A stretch of 24,000 nt of DNA, taken from assembly GCF_000757885.1 (NCBI RefSeq), contig NZ_JQCR01000001.1:505812-529811 (forward strand), in the 5' to 3' direction. Source of the stretch: Paenibacillus wynnii. GTDB taxonomy: Bacteria > Bacillota > Bacilli > Paenibacillales > Paenibacillaceae. This document shows positions 7,261 through 15,877 of the stretch, piece by piece. A model generated the notes under the pieces. That model made no database searches and was not told where the DNA came from. It was given only the letters and a program-made list of their open reading frames with translations. Made by a program: the position numbers and the translations under genes. The stretch's first letter is position 1; the number at the start of each line of letters is the position of its first letter.

Positions 7261-9003
7261 TTAAAGCAACTTAATCAGTTCTTCTAGCTCATCAACCAAA
7301 CCTTTTGCAAGTTCAAAATCAGTATCTTTTAAAGCCAATTCTATTTTCGTTTCAACTGATTTTTTCTTTTGTTCCATTTCTAAATAATCTCTATCAAAAT
7401 GACTAGCATAGACCATCTTTTTAAATTTTTGTATTTTCATCTTTCTAATCGTCTTATCGTCAATAATTAAAACATAATCCATACCATTTACCACAGAATA
7501 GAAATCATGAGAAATCATGAGAATCGCACCTTTATAGTCTTCAATGGCTTTCTCCAGTGCTAATTGTGAGTAAGTGTCTAAATGACTTGTCGGTTCATCG
7601 AGAAGTAATACGTTTGCTTTACTGGCACAAACTTTAGCCAATTGAAGCATATTTTTTTCTCCGCCCGATAAAGATTCTATCTTTTGATTAACGATTTCTC
7701 CTTCAAAGCCATAGTCTGAAATATAGGATCTAACCTCTTCATAAGTTTTAAACCCGGCATCGATGAATTCTTCGAGTATTGTATTAGAATCGTTTAGCAT
7801 TTCGCCTTGAAGCTGAGATAAATAAGCCACTTTAGCATCAGCATTTATTTCAATGGAATCATTATTATTTTTAAAGATTTCCCGGAGTAAAGTTGTTTTT
7901 CCGGTACCGTTCGGACCGATAAGGGCTACTTTATCCGTAGATTTGATCTCAAAGTTAACATTTTCTAAAATCAACTCATCAAAGGAAACACTATAATTAT
8001 TGACACTTAAAACAATGGTGTCTTCTTCAATTTCATTATCGATCCCGAAACTGATATTCGGTTGCTTAATATCAACAAATGGCGCTTTAATTCTACGCGC
8101 TTCCAATCTTTCTTGAAATTTAACTCGAGCTTTTAGCGCTCTCCCTCTAGATGCTTCTGAATTATACGTTGCGATTGCTCTAAGATTAATAATTACGTTC
8201 TCGTTTCTCTCAATTTCTTCCTCTTCAGCGATTGTGAGTTCTTGTAACTCAATTTTAGTTTGAAGTAATGAGAAGTTATATTCAATATATCGCCCATCAA
8301 ACTCTTGGATCTCCATGTTTTCAAGATGCAAAATTTTGTTGAAACAATGATTCAATAGATATCGATTGTGCGTAACAACAAGCAGTATTCCTTTGTGGGA
8401 ATTAATAAGATTTTTAAGCGCATTTAGATTTTCAAAATCTAAAAAGACATCTGGTTCATCCATAATCATTAATTCTGGATACTCAAGCATTTCCTTCATC
8501 ACTTGAATAAGTTTGAATTCCCCGCCACTAAGATCGGATACCTTAATATCTTTACGCTTCATGAGGTTTGCCAGATTTAGTTTTTTATTAATGTTGCTTT
8601 CAAAATCTTCCCCACCGATTGCATCAAATGCGTCTAAAGCTACTTGATACTTTTCCAGTAACGATTCAATATCCGATGATGTTTCCATTTCAGTGCAAAT
8701 CATTTGTATTTCATTTTGTATCTTAATAAATTTTTCTCCTATATATTCAAAAACAGTTGTTTCTTTAGTTTTGTCTGGTTGTGAGAACTGACTTACATAC
8801 CCCATTTTGCAAGTAGGGTCTATCTCTAACTTGCCATCAAACAAATATCTTTCTGGATCCATCAGTATATCGATCAGTGTACTTTTCCCACTGCCACTTG
8901 TTCCTATAAAGGCGCAATGTTGCCCCTCTTCAAGCGTAAATGAAATGTTATTATATAGTTCTTTTTGCGGAAATGAGAAGGATAAGTTTTCAACTTTTAT
9001 CAT
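7261..9003 (-). CDS. ABC-F family ATPase (two NBDs joined by a charged helical linker, no TM domain); possible ribosome-protection (ARE-type) factor
   Basis: 580 aa. NBD1: Walker A GTSGSGKST, signature LSGGEFKLIQV, Walker B LMIMDEPDVFLD. NBD2: Walker A GPNGTGKTT, signature LSGGEKNMLQL, Walker B VLLLDEPTSHLD. The inter-domain linker is about 80 aa (...ELQELTIAEEEEIERNENVIINLRAIATYNSEASRGRALKARVKFQERLEARRIKAP...). There is a C-terminal charged coiled-coil tail. The gene is visibly AT-rich, about one-third G+C by eye versus about half in glmS. Confidence 0.9.
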   Translation of the reverse strand: MIKVENLSFSFPQKELYNNISFTLEEGQHCAFIGTSGSGKSTLIDILMDPERYLFDGKLEIDPTCKMGYVSQFSQPDKTKETTVFEYIGEKFIKIQNEIQMICTEMETSSDIESLLEKYQVALDAFDAIGGEDFESNINKKLNLANLMKRKDIKVSDLSGGEFKLIQVMKEMLEYPELMIMDEPDVFLDFENLNALKNLINSHKGILLVVTHNRYLLNHCFNKILHLENMEIQEFDGRYIEYNFSLLQTKIELQELTIAEEEEIERNENVIINLRAIATYNSEASRGRALKARVKFQERLEARRIKAPFVDIKQPNISFGIDNEIEEDTIVLSVNNYSVSFDELILENVNFEIKSTDKVALIGPNGTGKTTLLREIFKNNNDSIEINADAKVAYLSQLQGEMLNDSNTILEEFIDAGFKTYEEVRSYISDYGFEGEIVNQKIESLSGGEKNMLQLAKVCASKANVLLLDEPTSHLDTYSQLALEKAIEDYKGAILMISHDFYSVVNGMDYVLIIDDKTIRKMKIQKFKKMVYASHFDRDYLEMEQKKKSVETKIELALKDTDFELAKGLVDELEELIKLL

Positions 9004-9384
9004 AGTATTACCTTTCTTTATAACTAAATTTGTGACTATTACTTAGCTGTATTGAAGCGCATTGATTTTGAGTTTACCGTTGACAGAATAACACTTATTA
9101 CAACCAACTACAATCATTTCACATTAAAGTTGTTCGTGAAACCGAACAATACAACTTAGAACAATATGATCACGCCTGTTGATTAGCCAGATACTGGATC
9201 AGAATATCAGTAATCCATTACACCTTATCATAGTTAGTCTTAACATAGGCGAGTTACTATTGAGCAATTACTTTTTACTATTACTAAATCCCTATTGCAT
9301 AAGCGAAAGTCGATTTGATTCAGTTTCTTTGTAATCGAATTTTTCCACCTTTTCACCAATAGTATTCATTATTTCCCCATCTAT

Positions 9385-9426
9385 AAAAAAATAGGGCCCT
9401 CCTAATTATGGTATTAGGACAGCCCT
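9385..9426 (-). terminator. Rho-independent terminator of glmS
   Basis: Minus strand reads AGGGCTGTCCTAAT-accata-ATTAGGAGGGCCCT followed by ATTTTTTTAT. 12 of 14 stem positions pair. It lies about 95 nt downstream of the glmS stop at 9520. Confidence 0.8.
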
Positions 9427-9519
9427 TAATGATTTACATTCTATTAATGATTCCATAGTTTTTTTACTGGTTCCACACTTTTATATCACCAGGAAATTTT
9501 TTAAATAACAAATCCTAAC

Positions 9520-11352
9520 CTACTCCACCGTAACACTCTTCGCCAAATTACGTGGTTTATCCACGTCATGACCCAGGGCCAAGGAAGCGTAGTATGCCAG
9601 CAATTGCAACGTAACTACAGACAAAGTTGCCGTCAATAATGGCAATGTCTTAGGAATTACAAAGGCTTGATCGACAGATCTAAGCAGGTCGGTTACATGC
9701 TCTTCGTGGGTGATTGCCATTACGTCTGCGCCGCGGGCTTTCACTTCTTTGATGTTACTTACAGTCTTTTCGAGGACGGATTCTACAGTTGCCAGGGCAA
9801 TTACAGGAACGCCTTCTTCGATTAAGGCCAGTGTACCATGCTTCAATTCGCCCGCAGCATAAGCTTCGGAGTGAATGTAAGAGATTTCTTTCAGCTTCAG
9901 CGAGCCTTCTTGAGCAACTGCGTAATCTACGCCGCGGCCGATGAAGAACAGGTGCTTATGCTTGGAGATTTGCTCTGCATAGTTTTTAATGGCTTCTTTT
10001 TGAGCCAAAATTTCTTCAACTTGCTCTGGCAGAGCATGCATAGCTGTCAGAATTTCTGACACTTGCTCTTCGGTTTGCGTACCGCGAACTTCTGCCATAT
10101 ACAGACCCAGCAAAGTAAATGCGATCAGCTGCGATGTGTAGGCTTTAGTGGAAGCCACCGCTATTTCAGGTCCAGCAAGGGTTACGAGAACATCATTAGC
10201 TTCCCGGGCAATGGAGCTGCCAACTACGTTAGTGATTGCCAATACATGAGCGCCGTTTGCTTGACCTTCACGCAGAGCAGCCAACGTATCAGCAGTTTCA
10301 CCAGATTGGCTGACAACAATAACAAGCGTTTCAGGGGTTACGATTGGTGAACGGTAACGATACTCTGATGCAATGTCATTTTCCACTGGAATACGTACCA
10401 AGGTTTCAATCAAGCTGCGTCCCACAAGACCTGCGTTATAGGCAGTACCGCAAGCTACGATTTGAACATTACGGATGTTCTTGATCTGTTCAACAGTCAA
10501 GTTCAGCTCTGGAAGAATAACCTTGTTGCCTTCTGCATTAATACGACCACGCATAGTATCGCGGTATGCCTTAGGCTGTTCGTGAATTTCTTTCAACATG
10601 AAATGCTCGTAACCGCCTTTTTCCGCCGTTACAGCATCCCAATCGACAGTAATCATTTCCCGAGAAATAAAGTCGCCTTGGGTCGTCATTAGTTCGACAG
10701 CATCCCGTGTCAGGACTGCCATTTCGCCGTCGTTCAAAATATATACGTTGCGGGTATATTCGAGCAAAGCAGGAATATCAGACCCGATAAAGTTTTCACC
10801 TTCGCCAAGACCAATAATCAAAGGACTAGCTTGACGTACAGCCACCAGTTTATCTGGTTCGTACTCTGTTAATACGCCCAGTGCAAACGCACCACGCATG
10901 TGAGTAATAGCTTTTTGTACAGCTTTGACAATATCTCCGTCATATTCGCGAGCGACTAGGTGAGAAATAACCTCAGTGTCGGTTTCAGAAGAGAATTTAC
11001 AGCCTGCAGCCATTAGTTCTTCCTTCAGATCCAGATAGTTTTCGACAATCCCGTTGTGTACAACAGAGAACTTCTGGCTTGAATCCGTATGTGGATGGGA
11101 GTTCGCATCAGAAGGTTTACCGTGCGTAGCCCAACGTGTGTGTCCGATCCCTGCGGTGCCTGTTAATGGGCTAATTTCCAATCTAGCTTCCAAGTTCGCC
11201 AAGCGACCCTGTGCCTTAACAACCTGCAATCCTTCATTCGTGAACACCGCAATACCCGCGGAATCATACCCACGATATTCCAACTTACTTAAGCCTGAAA
11301 CCAAGATACCTTGAGAATTCTGATTACCAATATATCCGACTATACCACACAT
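9520..11352 (-). CDS. glmS: Glutamine--fructose-6-phosphate aminotransferase (isomerising)
   Basis: Canonical N-terminus MCGIVGYIG (the catalytic Cys follows Met), two SIS domains, C-terminal ...KPRNLAKSVTVE. The start is trimmed from ORF-track 11418 to ATG 11352, which has a GGGGGA RBS. The 22-codon extension is not part of GlmS. Confidence 0.97.
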   Translation of the reverse strand: MCGIVGYIGNQNSQGILVSGLSKLEYRGYDSAGIAVFTNEGLQVVKAQGRLANLEARLEISPLTGTAGIGHTRWATHGKPSDANSHPHTDSSQKFSVVHNGIVENYLDLKEELMAAGCKFSSETDTEVISHLVAREYDGDIVKAVQKAITHMRGAFALGVLTEYEPDKLVAVRQASPLIIGLGEGENFIGSDIPALLEYTRNVYILNDGEMAVLTRDAVELMTTQGDFISREMITVDWDAVTAEKGGYEHFMLKEIHEQPKAYRDTMRGRINAEGNKVILPELNLTVEQIKNIRNVQIVACGTAYNAGLVGRSLIETLVRIPVENDIASEYRYRSPIVTPETLVIVVSQSGETADTLAALREGQANGAHVLAITNVVGSSIAREANDVLVTLAGPEIAVASTKAYTSQLIAFTLLGLYMAEVRGTQTEEQVSEILTAMHALPEQVEEILAQKEAIKNYAEQISKHKHLFFIGRGVDYAVAQEGSLKLKEISYIHSEAYAAGELKHGTLALIEEGVPVIALATVESVLEKTVSNIKEVKARGADVMAITHEEHVTDLLRSVDQAFVIPKTLPLLTATLSVVTLQLLAYYASLALGHDVDKPRNLAKSVTVE

Positions 11353-11569
11353 TATTATTTCCCCCGTCCAATTTATCGTAATGTGGCGGCGTAAGGAAAG
11401 AAACGTGCTGTGCAGCATGTTTTGAGAAAAAGCATATATTCTGTTGCCATTCGCTCAACAAAATAAACTGTTCATAGTTATCGTTCTTGAAATGTACAGA
11501 CTTCTCCTCTGCCGCAGCAGACCGCTCTTGCTCCTAATTACGCATACCCATGAATATTCAATTTCTGCT

Positions 11570-11780
11570 GCACCCACGAGAGCGTTGTGTGAAAGGTCGC
11601 CCTTCCATTTTCCGCTTTCGTTTACGGCTCTGGTGCATCACCGGGAGGTCCCCGCCGAACATTTCGAACACCTCCACCTCGTCAGCTTACATCTGCCGTG
11701 ATCCGGTTCAGCCTAGCCTTGACAGGCAATCATTGGCTTTCCCTTTTCTCCCGCGCAAGACCAAGCTCTGGCGCTTGTGT
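11570..11780 (-). ncRNA. glmS ribozyme: glmS ribozyme / GlcN6P riboswitch in the glmS 5' leader
   Basis: Minus strand reads ...ACACA-AGCGCCAGAGCTTGG (cleavage-site motif A/GCGCC at about 11775) ... GACGAGGTGGAGGTGTTCGAAATGTTCGGCGGGGACCTCCCGG...GAGCCGTAAACGAAAGCGGAAAATGGAAGGGCGACCTTTC. This matches the conserved glmS ribozyme core blocks (GACGAGG, UUCGGCGG..CCUCCCGG, GCCGUAA, AAGGG). The boundaries are approximate. Confidence 0.9.
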
Positions 11781-11827
11781 AACAAACCTTACGATCCCCA
11801 CTTTCCTTCTTGAATGACACTTTATCT

Positions 11828-11856
11828 ATTATATGCACCTTACATCGCTTTGGCAA
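11828..11856 (-). promoter_or_regulatory. Sigma-A promoter for the glmS ribozyme-glmS transcript
   Basis: Minus strand reads TTGCCA (11856-11851), a 17-nt spacer, then TATAAT (11833-11828), about 50 nt upstream of the ribozyme cleavage motif. Confidence 0.7.
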
Positions 11857-11880
11857 TGACCTGTAGATTATTTACATTTT

Positions 11881-11922
11881 AAAAAAAGCCGATGATACGA
11901 AGTTTAGCCTCCGCACACCGGC
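11881..11922 (-). terminator. Rho-independent terminator after glmM
   Basis: Minus strand reads GCCGGTGTGCGGAGG-CTAAA-CTTCGTATCATCGGC (long stem with one bulge) followed by TTTTTTT. It lies about 25 nt downstream of the glmM stop. Confidence 0.75.
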
Positions 11923-11944
11923 CATTCATGGAATAGGATATAAA

Positions 11945-13285
11945 TTAGACTAGTTCACGTTGTACTACTTCTACAATCTGTCCTACAAATTGATCAAGCT
12001 CATCCTTATTAGGACCTTCCGCCATCACACGAATCAGAGGTTCCGTACCAGACGGACGCACAAGCACACGGCCATTATCACCCAGCTTGCCTTCAACCTC
12101 TAGAATAGCCGCTTCAATGGCTGGGTTGTTCGGATAGTTGGTCTTATCTAGTACACGAACATTTACCAGTACCTGCGGGTATTTAGTCATCATAGCTTTC
12201 AGGTCGCTAAGCTTCTTCCCCGAAGCTTTTAAGGTATCCACCAGTTGAATAGCGGTAAGAATGCCATCACCTGTAGTATTATAATCTAAGAAAATTACAT
12301 GTCCGGACTGCTCTCCGCCTAGATTGTAGCCGCCGCGGCGCATTTCTTCCATTACGTAACGGTCACCTACAGCTGTCTTAGCAGTGTTCAGCGACAATTT
12401 CTCAGTAGCTTTGTAAAAGCCAATATTGCTCATTACTGTCGAGACAATCGTTCCATCCTTCAGCTTGCCAGCGCGGTTCATGGCATCTCCGCAGATGCAG
12501 AGAATAAAGTCTCCGTCTACTTCTTCCCCATGATTATCAATGGCAATCAGACGATCCGCATCTCCGTCAAAAGCTAGTCCCAGATCAGCATTGTGTCGTA
12601 ATACTTCCGCACGCAGCGTCTCCGGATGTGTGGAACCGAATCCATCGTTGATGTTCAGACCGCTAGGCTCAGCTCCGATGGCGATTACTTCAGCGCCAAG
12701 CTCTCTGAATAATCTAGGTGCAAGCTCATAGGCAGCGCCATGAGCGCAGTCTAACACGATTTTGATATCATTAAATTTATTGGATACCGTTGTCTTCAAA
12801 TAATCCAGATACAGATACTTGGAGTCATTATCAATAGTGACTGTACCAAGACCTGACCCTACAGGACGAGGAAGTTCGTCTTTTTCGGCATCCATCAGTT
12901 CTTCAATTCGTAGTTCCGTCTCATCCGTAAGCTTGAAGCCGTCCCCACCAAAGAACTTAATCCCGTTATCTTCAACCGGATTATGTGAAGCTGAAATCAT
13001 TACACCGGCATCTGCTTTTAATAAACGTGTAATATATGCAACGGCAGGTGTACTTACAACACCTATACGAATAACATCCGCCCCAATGGACAGCATCCCT
13101 GCTACAAGCGCTGATTCAAGCAATGGTCCGGAAATACGTGTATCCATTCCAATAACTACTTTCGGCTTATCTACGTTACCCGCTAATACATATCCTCCAC
13201 AGCGGCCAATGCTATAAGCCATTTCTGCAGTCAATTCCTGGTTCGCGACTCCGCGCACACCGTCAGTTCCAAAATACTTCCCCAT
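11945..13285 (-). CDS. glmM: Phosphoglucosamine mutase
   Basis: 446 aa. N-terminus [15 protein letters not shown], active-site phosphoserine loop ISASHNP, Mg-binding FDGDADR. AAAGGAG RBS. Confidence 0.97.
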   Translation of the reverse strand: MGKYFGTDGVRGVANQELTAEMAYSIGRCGGYVLAGNVDKPKVVIGMDTRISGPLLESALVAGMLSIGADVIRIGVVSTPAVAYITRLLKADAGVMISASHNPVEDNGIKFFGGDGFKLTDETELRIEELMDAEKDELPRPVGSGLGTVTIDNDSKYLYLDYLKTTVSNKFNDIKIVLDCAHGAAYELAPRLFRELGAEVIAIGAEPSGLNINDGFGSTHPETLRAEVLRHNADLGLAFDGDADRLIAIDNHGEEVDGDFILCICGDAMNRAGKLKDGTIVSTVMSNIGFYKATEKLSLNTAKTAVGDRYVMEEMRRGGYNLGGEQSGHVIFLDYNTTGDGILTAIQLVDTLKASGKKLSDLKAMMTKYPQVLVNVRVLDKTNYPNNPAIEAAILEVEGKLGDNGRVLVRPSGTEPLIRVMAEGPNKDELDQFVGQIVEVVQRELV

Positions 13286-13395
13286 ATCTTTTCTCCTTTT
13301 ATTATGCTGCTACAGCTTAATGAATTATTGTATGGCTAAATGTCTATTATGTGTAGAACTGTGTTGTAAAAATAGACGTTAGAATCTAAAAAAAG

Positions 13396-14850
13396 TTACG
13401 TTCCGCCACTACTGCTGGTATTTCCGGTACTTGAACTACCATTAACAGCACCACTATTCTCACTTTTACCTGCTGATGGCGTTGCAGTCGCTCCGGGAAC
13501 AGGCTCACTATGAGTTGGCTGCACACTAGGGGTGTTACCTCCACCTGACACGGGTTCTGAGCTTGGCATTGGAGTACTGTTGTCTACATTAGGAGTTGCC
13601 GAGATTACCGGTGCTGGCGGCCCCTTAAGTTCGACGGTTGCAACAAGGCGTTCTCCCGAATTGTTCAAAGTCACAAATCTTGGTAACGATACTTGGAGCG
13701 ATACTTCATGGATCCCGGCGGTCAGTCCACTAAGATTTGCGACAACATTGATGTTATCCTTATCCAATTGATCGAGCAAAGTCGGTGATCCCGACAATGT
13801 CAGCGTAACAGCTTCATTAGTAGGATTAGTTACAGTGGCCTGTAGGCCGGGTCCTAATCCCTGCAGAGTCACCGGAATACCCTCGAGGGTACGCTGAGCG
13901 ACTTCTGAGACTGAGATCGTAACATTTAACTTACCGGGATCAAGTTTCTGTGTTCCGGCTGGCGGAGTCAATTCCATCGCCATCTGCTTCGTGCCGGCAG
14001 AGTCAAATGAACCTAGGTCAATTAAGGCTTCATAAGATGTAATGGATGCCAAGGCATCCTCGAATCCATAGACAACAATACTATTGATTTCTGGTGTCAC
14101 CCTTGAGAGCACTAAGGAATCCGGAAGTTGTCCGGTAAAGCCAATATCAATCGGTACACTTTTGAAAGGTAGAGTGATTGGCAATTCCACAGATACGGTA
14201 GAGGGCACTATAACGGCATCCTTTATTTCACTCCCAGCACTATCATACGCAATCAGCTTCATCTTCTTTTCTTTAAAAGTCTCGTTCTCACCCTCAAGCT
14301 CTATAGTTCCCTGAACTTTCGCTACTCTACTGAGCTCACTGGCGGACAGCGTAACCTCCGCGGTTCCCACGGGCTGAATAACCGGCGTACCGAGTTGGTA
14401 ACCTTCAGCCGGCTTGCCTTTAGTAGCAACTGTTATAGGAAAGGACTTGGTATTCCGCAGCTCAATATGAACGTTGACCTCCTGCGGAGTCATAGAGACA
14501 AGATCGACACCATTAGGTAAAGAAGGCGTTAAAGGGATCGTTAACGACCCTGGCTTAACATTACTTAAATCAAGAGTGACCTTATAAGCATCGGAGAACA
14601 CATAGTTAATGTCTGAGCTTTTACCGCGTACTTCCATCCTCACGCTGCTTGCATCTAAAGGATCGAGCACGTACTTGTCCTCATCAAATCCGGATACTTC
14701 TATTTTTACATTCTCAATAATTTTTGTGCTCATGCTTGCGGCAGTTTGGGTATTGGGCGCAGTATCAATGTGAACCATCGTCCAAAGGATAATTCCAATC
14801 GCAAGTGCAAGGATTTTATTAAAGTTATTGTTCTTCATCCATTTATCCAT
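13396..14850 (-). CDS. cdaR: CdaA regulatory protein CdaR (YbbR-domain repeats) with an N-terminal TM anchor and a Ser/Thr/Pro/Gly-rich C-terminal tail
   Basis: Position between cdaA and glmM. MDKWMKNNNFNKILALAIGIILWTMV anchor, then repeated YbbR-like beta modules. The start is trimmed from 14976 to ATG 14850 (GGAAGGGGGA RBS), which overlaps the cdaA stop in the sequence ATGGATAA. The last 75 aa or so are low complexity (…TPSAGKSENSGAVNGSSSTGNTSSSGGT). Confidence 0.9.
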   Translation of the reverse strand: MDKWMKNNNFNKILALAIGIILWTMVHIDTAPNTQTAASMSTKIIENVKIEVSGFDEDKYVLDPLDASSVRMEVRGKSSDINYVFSDAYKVTLDLSNVKPGSLTIPLTPSLPNGVDLVSMTPQEVNVHIELRNTKSFPITVATKGKPAEGYQLGTPVIQPVGTAEVTLSASELSRVAKVQGTIELEGENETFKEKKMKLIAYDSAGSEIKDAVIVPSTVSVELPITLPFKSVPIDIGFTGQLPDSLVLSRVTPEINSIVVYGFEDALASITSYEALIDLGSFDSAGTKQMAMELTPPAGTQKLDPGKLNVTISVSEVAQRTLEGIPVTLQGLGPGLQATVTNPTNEAVTLTLSGSPTLLDQLDKDNINVVANLSGLTAGIHEVSLQVSLPRFVTLNNSGERLVATVELKGPPAPVISATPNVDNSTPMPSSEPVSGGGNTPSVQPTHSEPVPGATATPSAGKSENSGAVNGSSSTGNTSSSGGT

Positions 14851-15673
14851 GGCTGTTGTCCCCCTTCCGTTTCCAGAAAGCAGAACCTTTATCCTTAAGC
14901 GGTGAAGTTGCCCGCAATTCTTCATAAAGCTTGGATATGAGCGATTCTTCCTTAATGTCCCGCACGATTTGCCCATTTATGGCTAATGAGATTTGGCCGG
15001 TCTCTTCGGATACAACAACAGAAACGGAATCAGCAACCTCACTAATACCTATTGCCGCACGGTGCCGTGTCCCCAGTTCTTTACTGATAAACGGATTCTC
15101 TGAAAGTGGCAGATAACAAGCAGCAGCAGCTATTTGGTTGCCCTGCATAATTAACGCCCCATCGTGAAGAGGTGTATTAGGGATGAAAATATTAATCAAC
15201 AGCTCAGAGCTGACTACCGACTGCATGGGAATACCGGACTCCGTATATTCATTAAGTCCAGTTGATCTTTCAAATACAATTAATGCGCCTATCTTTCTAC
15301 GTGCTAAATAATTCACGGCTTTAATAACTTCACCAATTAACTTGCTAATCTCTTCATCACTTTCAGCTGAACGCCCGAAGAATTTACCCCTCCCCAGCTG
15401 TTCAAGCCCTCGCCTTAGCTCCGGTTGAAAGATGATGAATATGGCCAGTACTCCAAACGTAAACATCTGATTCATCAACCATTTCAGGGTATACAAATCT
15501 AATAGGGTACTCAGTGCCCAAATAACCACCAGCACCAAAATACCCTTCAGCAGCTGAACCGCTCGGGTTCCCTGTACCATATTGAGTACTTTGTAAATAA
15601 TGTAGCTGACAATTAAAATATCAATTATATCTTTAATGGACTCTTTCCATGTCATGTCTGTAAAATAGCTCAT
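14843..15673 (-). CDS. cdaA: Diadenylate cyclase CdaA (three N-terminal TM helices + DAC/DisA_N domain)
   Basis: 276 aa. DAC motifs HDGALIM and GTRHRAAIGISE. Conserved synteny sigW-rsiW-cdaA-cdaR-glmM-glmS. Confidence 0.96.
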   Translation of the reverse strand: MSYFTDMTWKESIKDIIDILIVSYIIYKVLNMVQGTRAVQLLKGILVLVVIWALSTLLDLYTLKWLMNQMFTFGVLAIFIIFQPELRRGLEQLGRGKFFGRSAESDEEISKLIGEVIKAVNYLARRKIGALIVFERSTGLNEYTESGIPMQSVVSSELLINIFIPNTPLHDGALIMQGNQIAAAACYLPLSENPFISKELGTRHRAAIGISEVADSVSVVVSEETGQISLAINGQIVRDIKEESLISKLYEELRATSPLKDKGSAFWKRKGDNSHG

Positions 15674-15812
15674 AGCTTCAAACCCCCGTCATTTCATATT
15701 AGCTGGGTTTATGTAATATATCTGTTATGTGTATCATACTTAGGTTATAACGTTCACGCTCAGGTTGCAAGTTTAGAGTGTAGGTTGTCCTAGGTTGGGA
15801 CTTTATGGCAAC

Positions 15813-15845
15813 AAAAAAGCGCCATCTTTCCGGAAAAAGAGGCGC
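15813..15845 (-). terminator. Intrinsic terminator after rsiW
   Basis: Minus strand reads GCGCCTCTTTTTCCGGAAAGATGGCGC followed by TTTTTTG. The stem base is a 5-bp GC clamp with an internal loop. It lies about 30 nt downstream of the rsiW stop at 15878. Confidence 0.6.
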
Positions 15846-15877
15846 AGATGATATTCCTGTTAAACAATCGCTTGTAC

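Noticed and set aside
7221-9287. 9-bp direct repeat TATTACTAA at 7221-7229 and 9279-9287, as possible target-site duplication flanking the ABC-F unit
   Set aside because: In DNA this AT-rich, a 9-mer match between two flanks of a few hundred bp is expected by chance at roughly order-one frequency (back-of-envelope). The neighbouring bases do not extend the match, and no inverted terminal repeats accompany it.
9385-9519. Tn7-like end (TnsB-binding repeats, TGT...ACA terminus) just downstream of glmS
   Set aside because: Reading the 135 nt after the glmS stop shows only the terminator hairpin. There are no reiterated about 22-bp sites and no tns genes anywhere in the window.
11353-11418. N-terminal 22-codon extension of glmS in the ORF track (start 11418); similar extensions occur for cdaR (14976), the pentapeptide protein (6765) and rsiW (16510)
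   Set aside because: GlmS must begin Met-Cys (catalytic Cys2). In each case an internal ATG with a proper Shine-Dalgarno sequence matches the conserved N-terminus, and the extensions overlap upstream genes or lack an RBS.
11444-11813. Two plus-strand ORFs (85 and 87 aa) between glmS and glmM
   Set aside because: They overlap the glmS ribozyme and leader on the opposite strand and have no RBS. The region is explained by the structured RNA.
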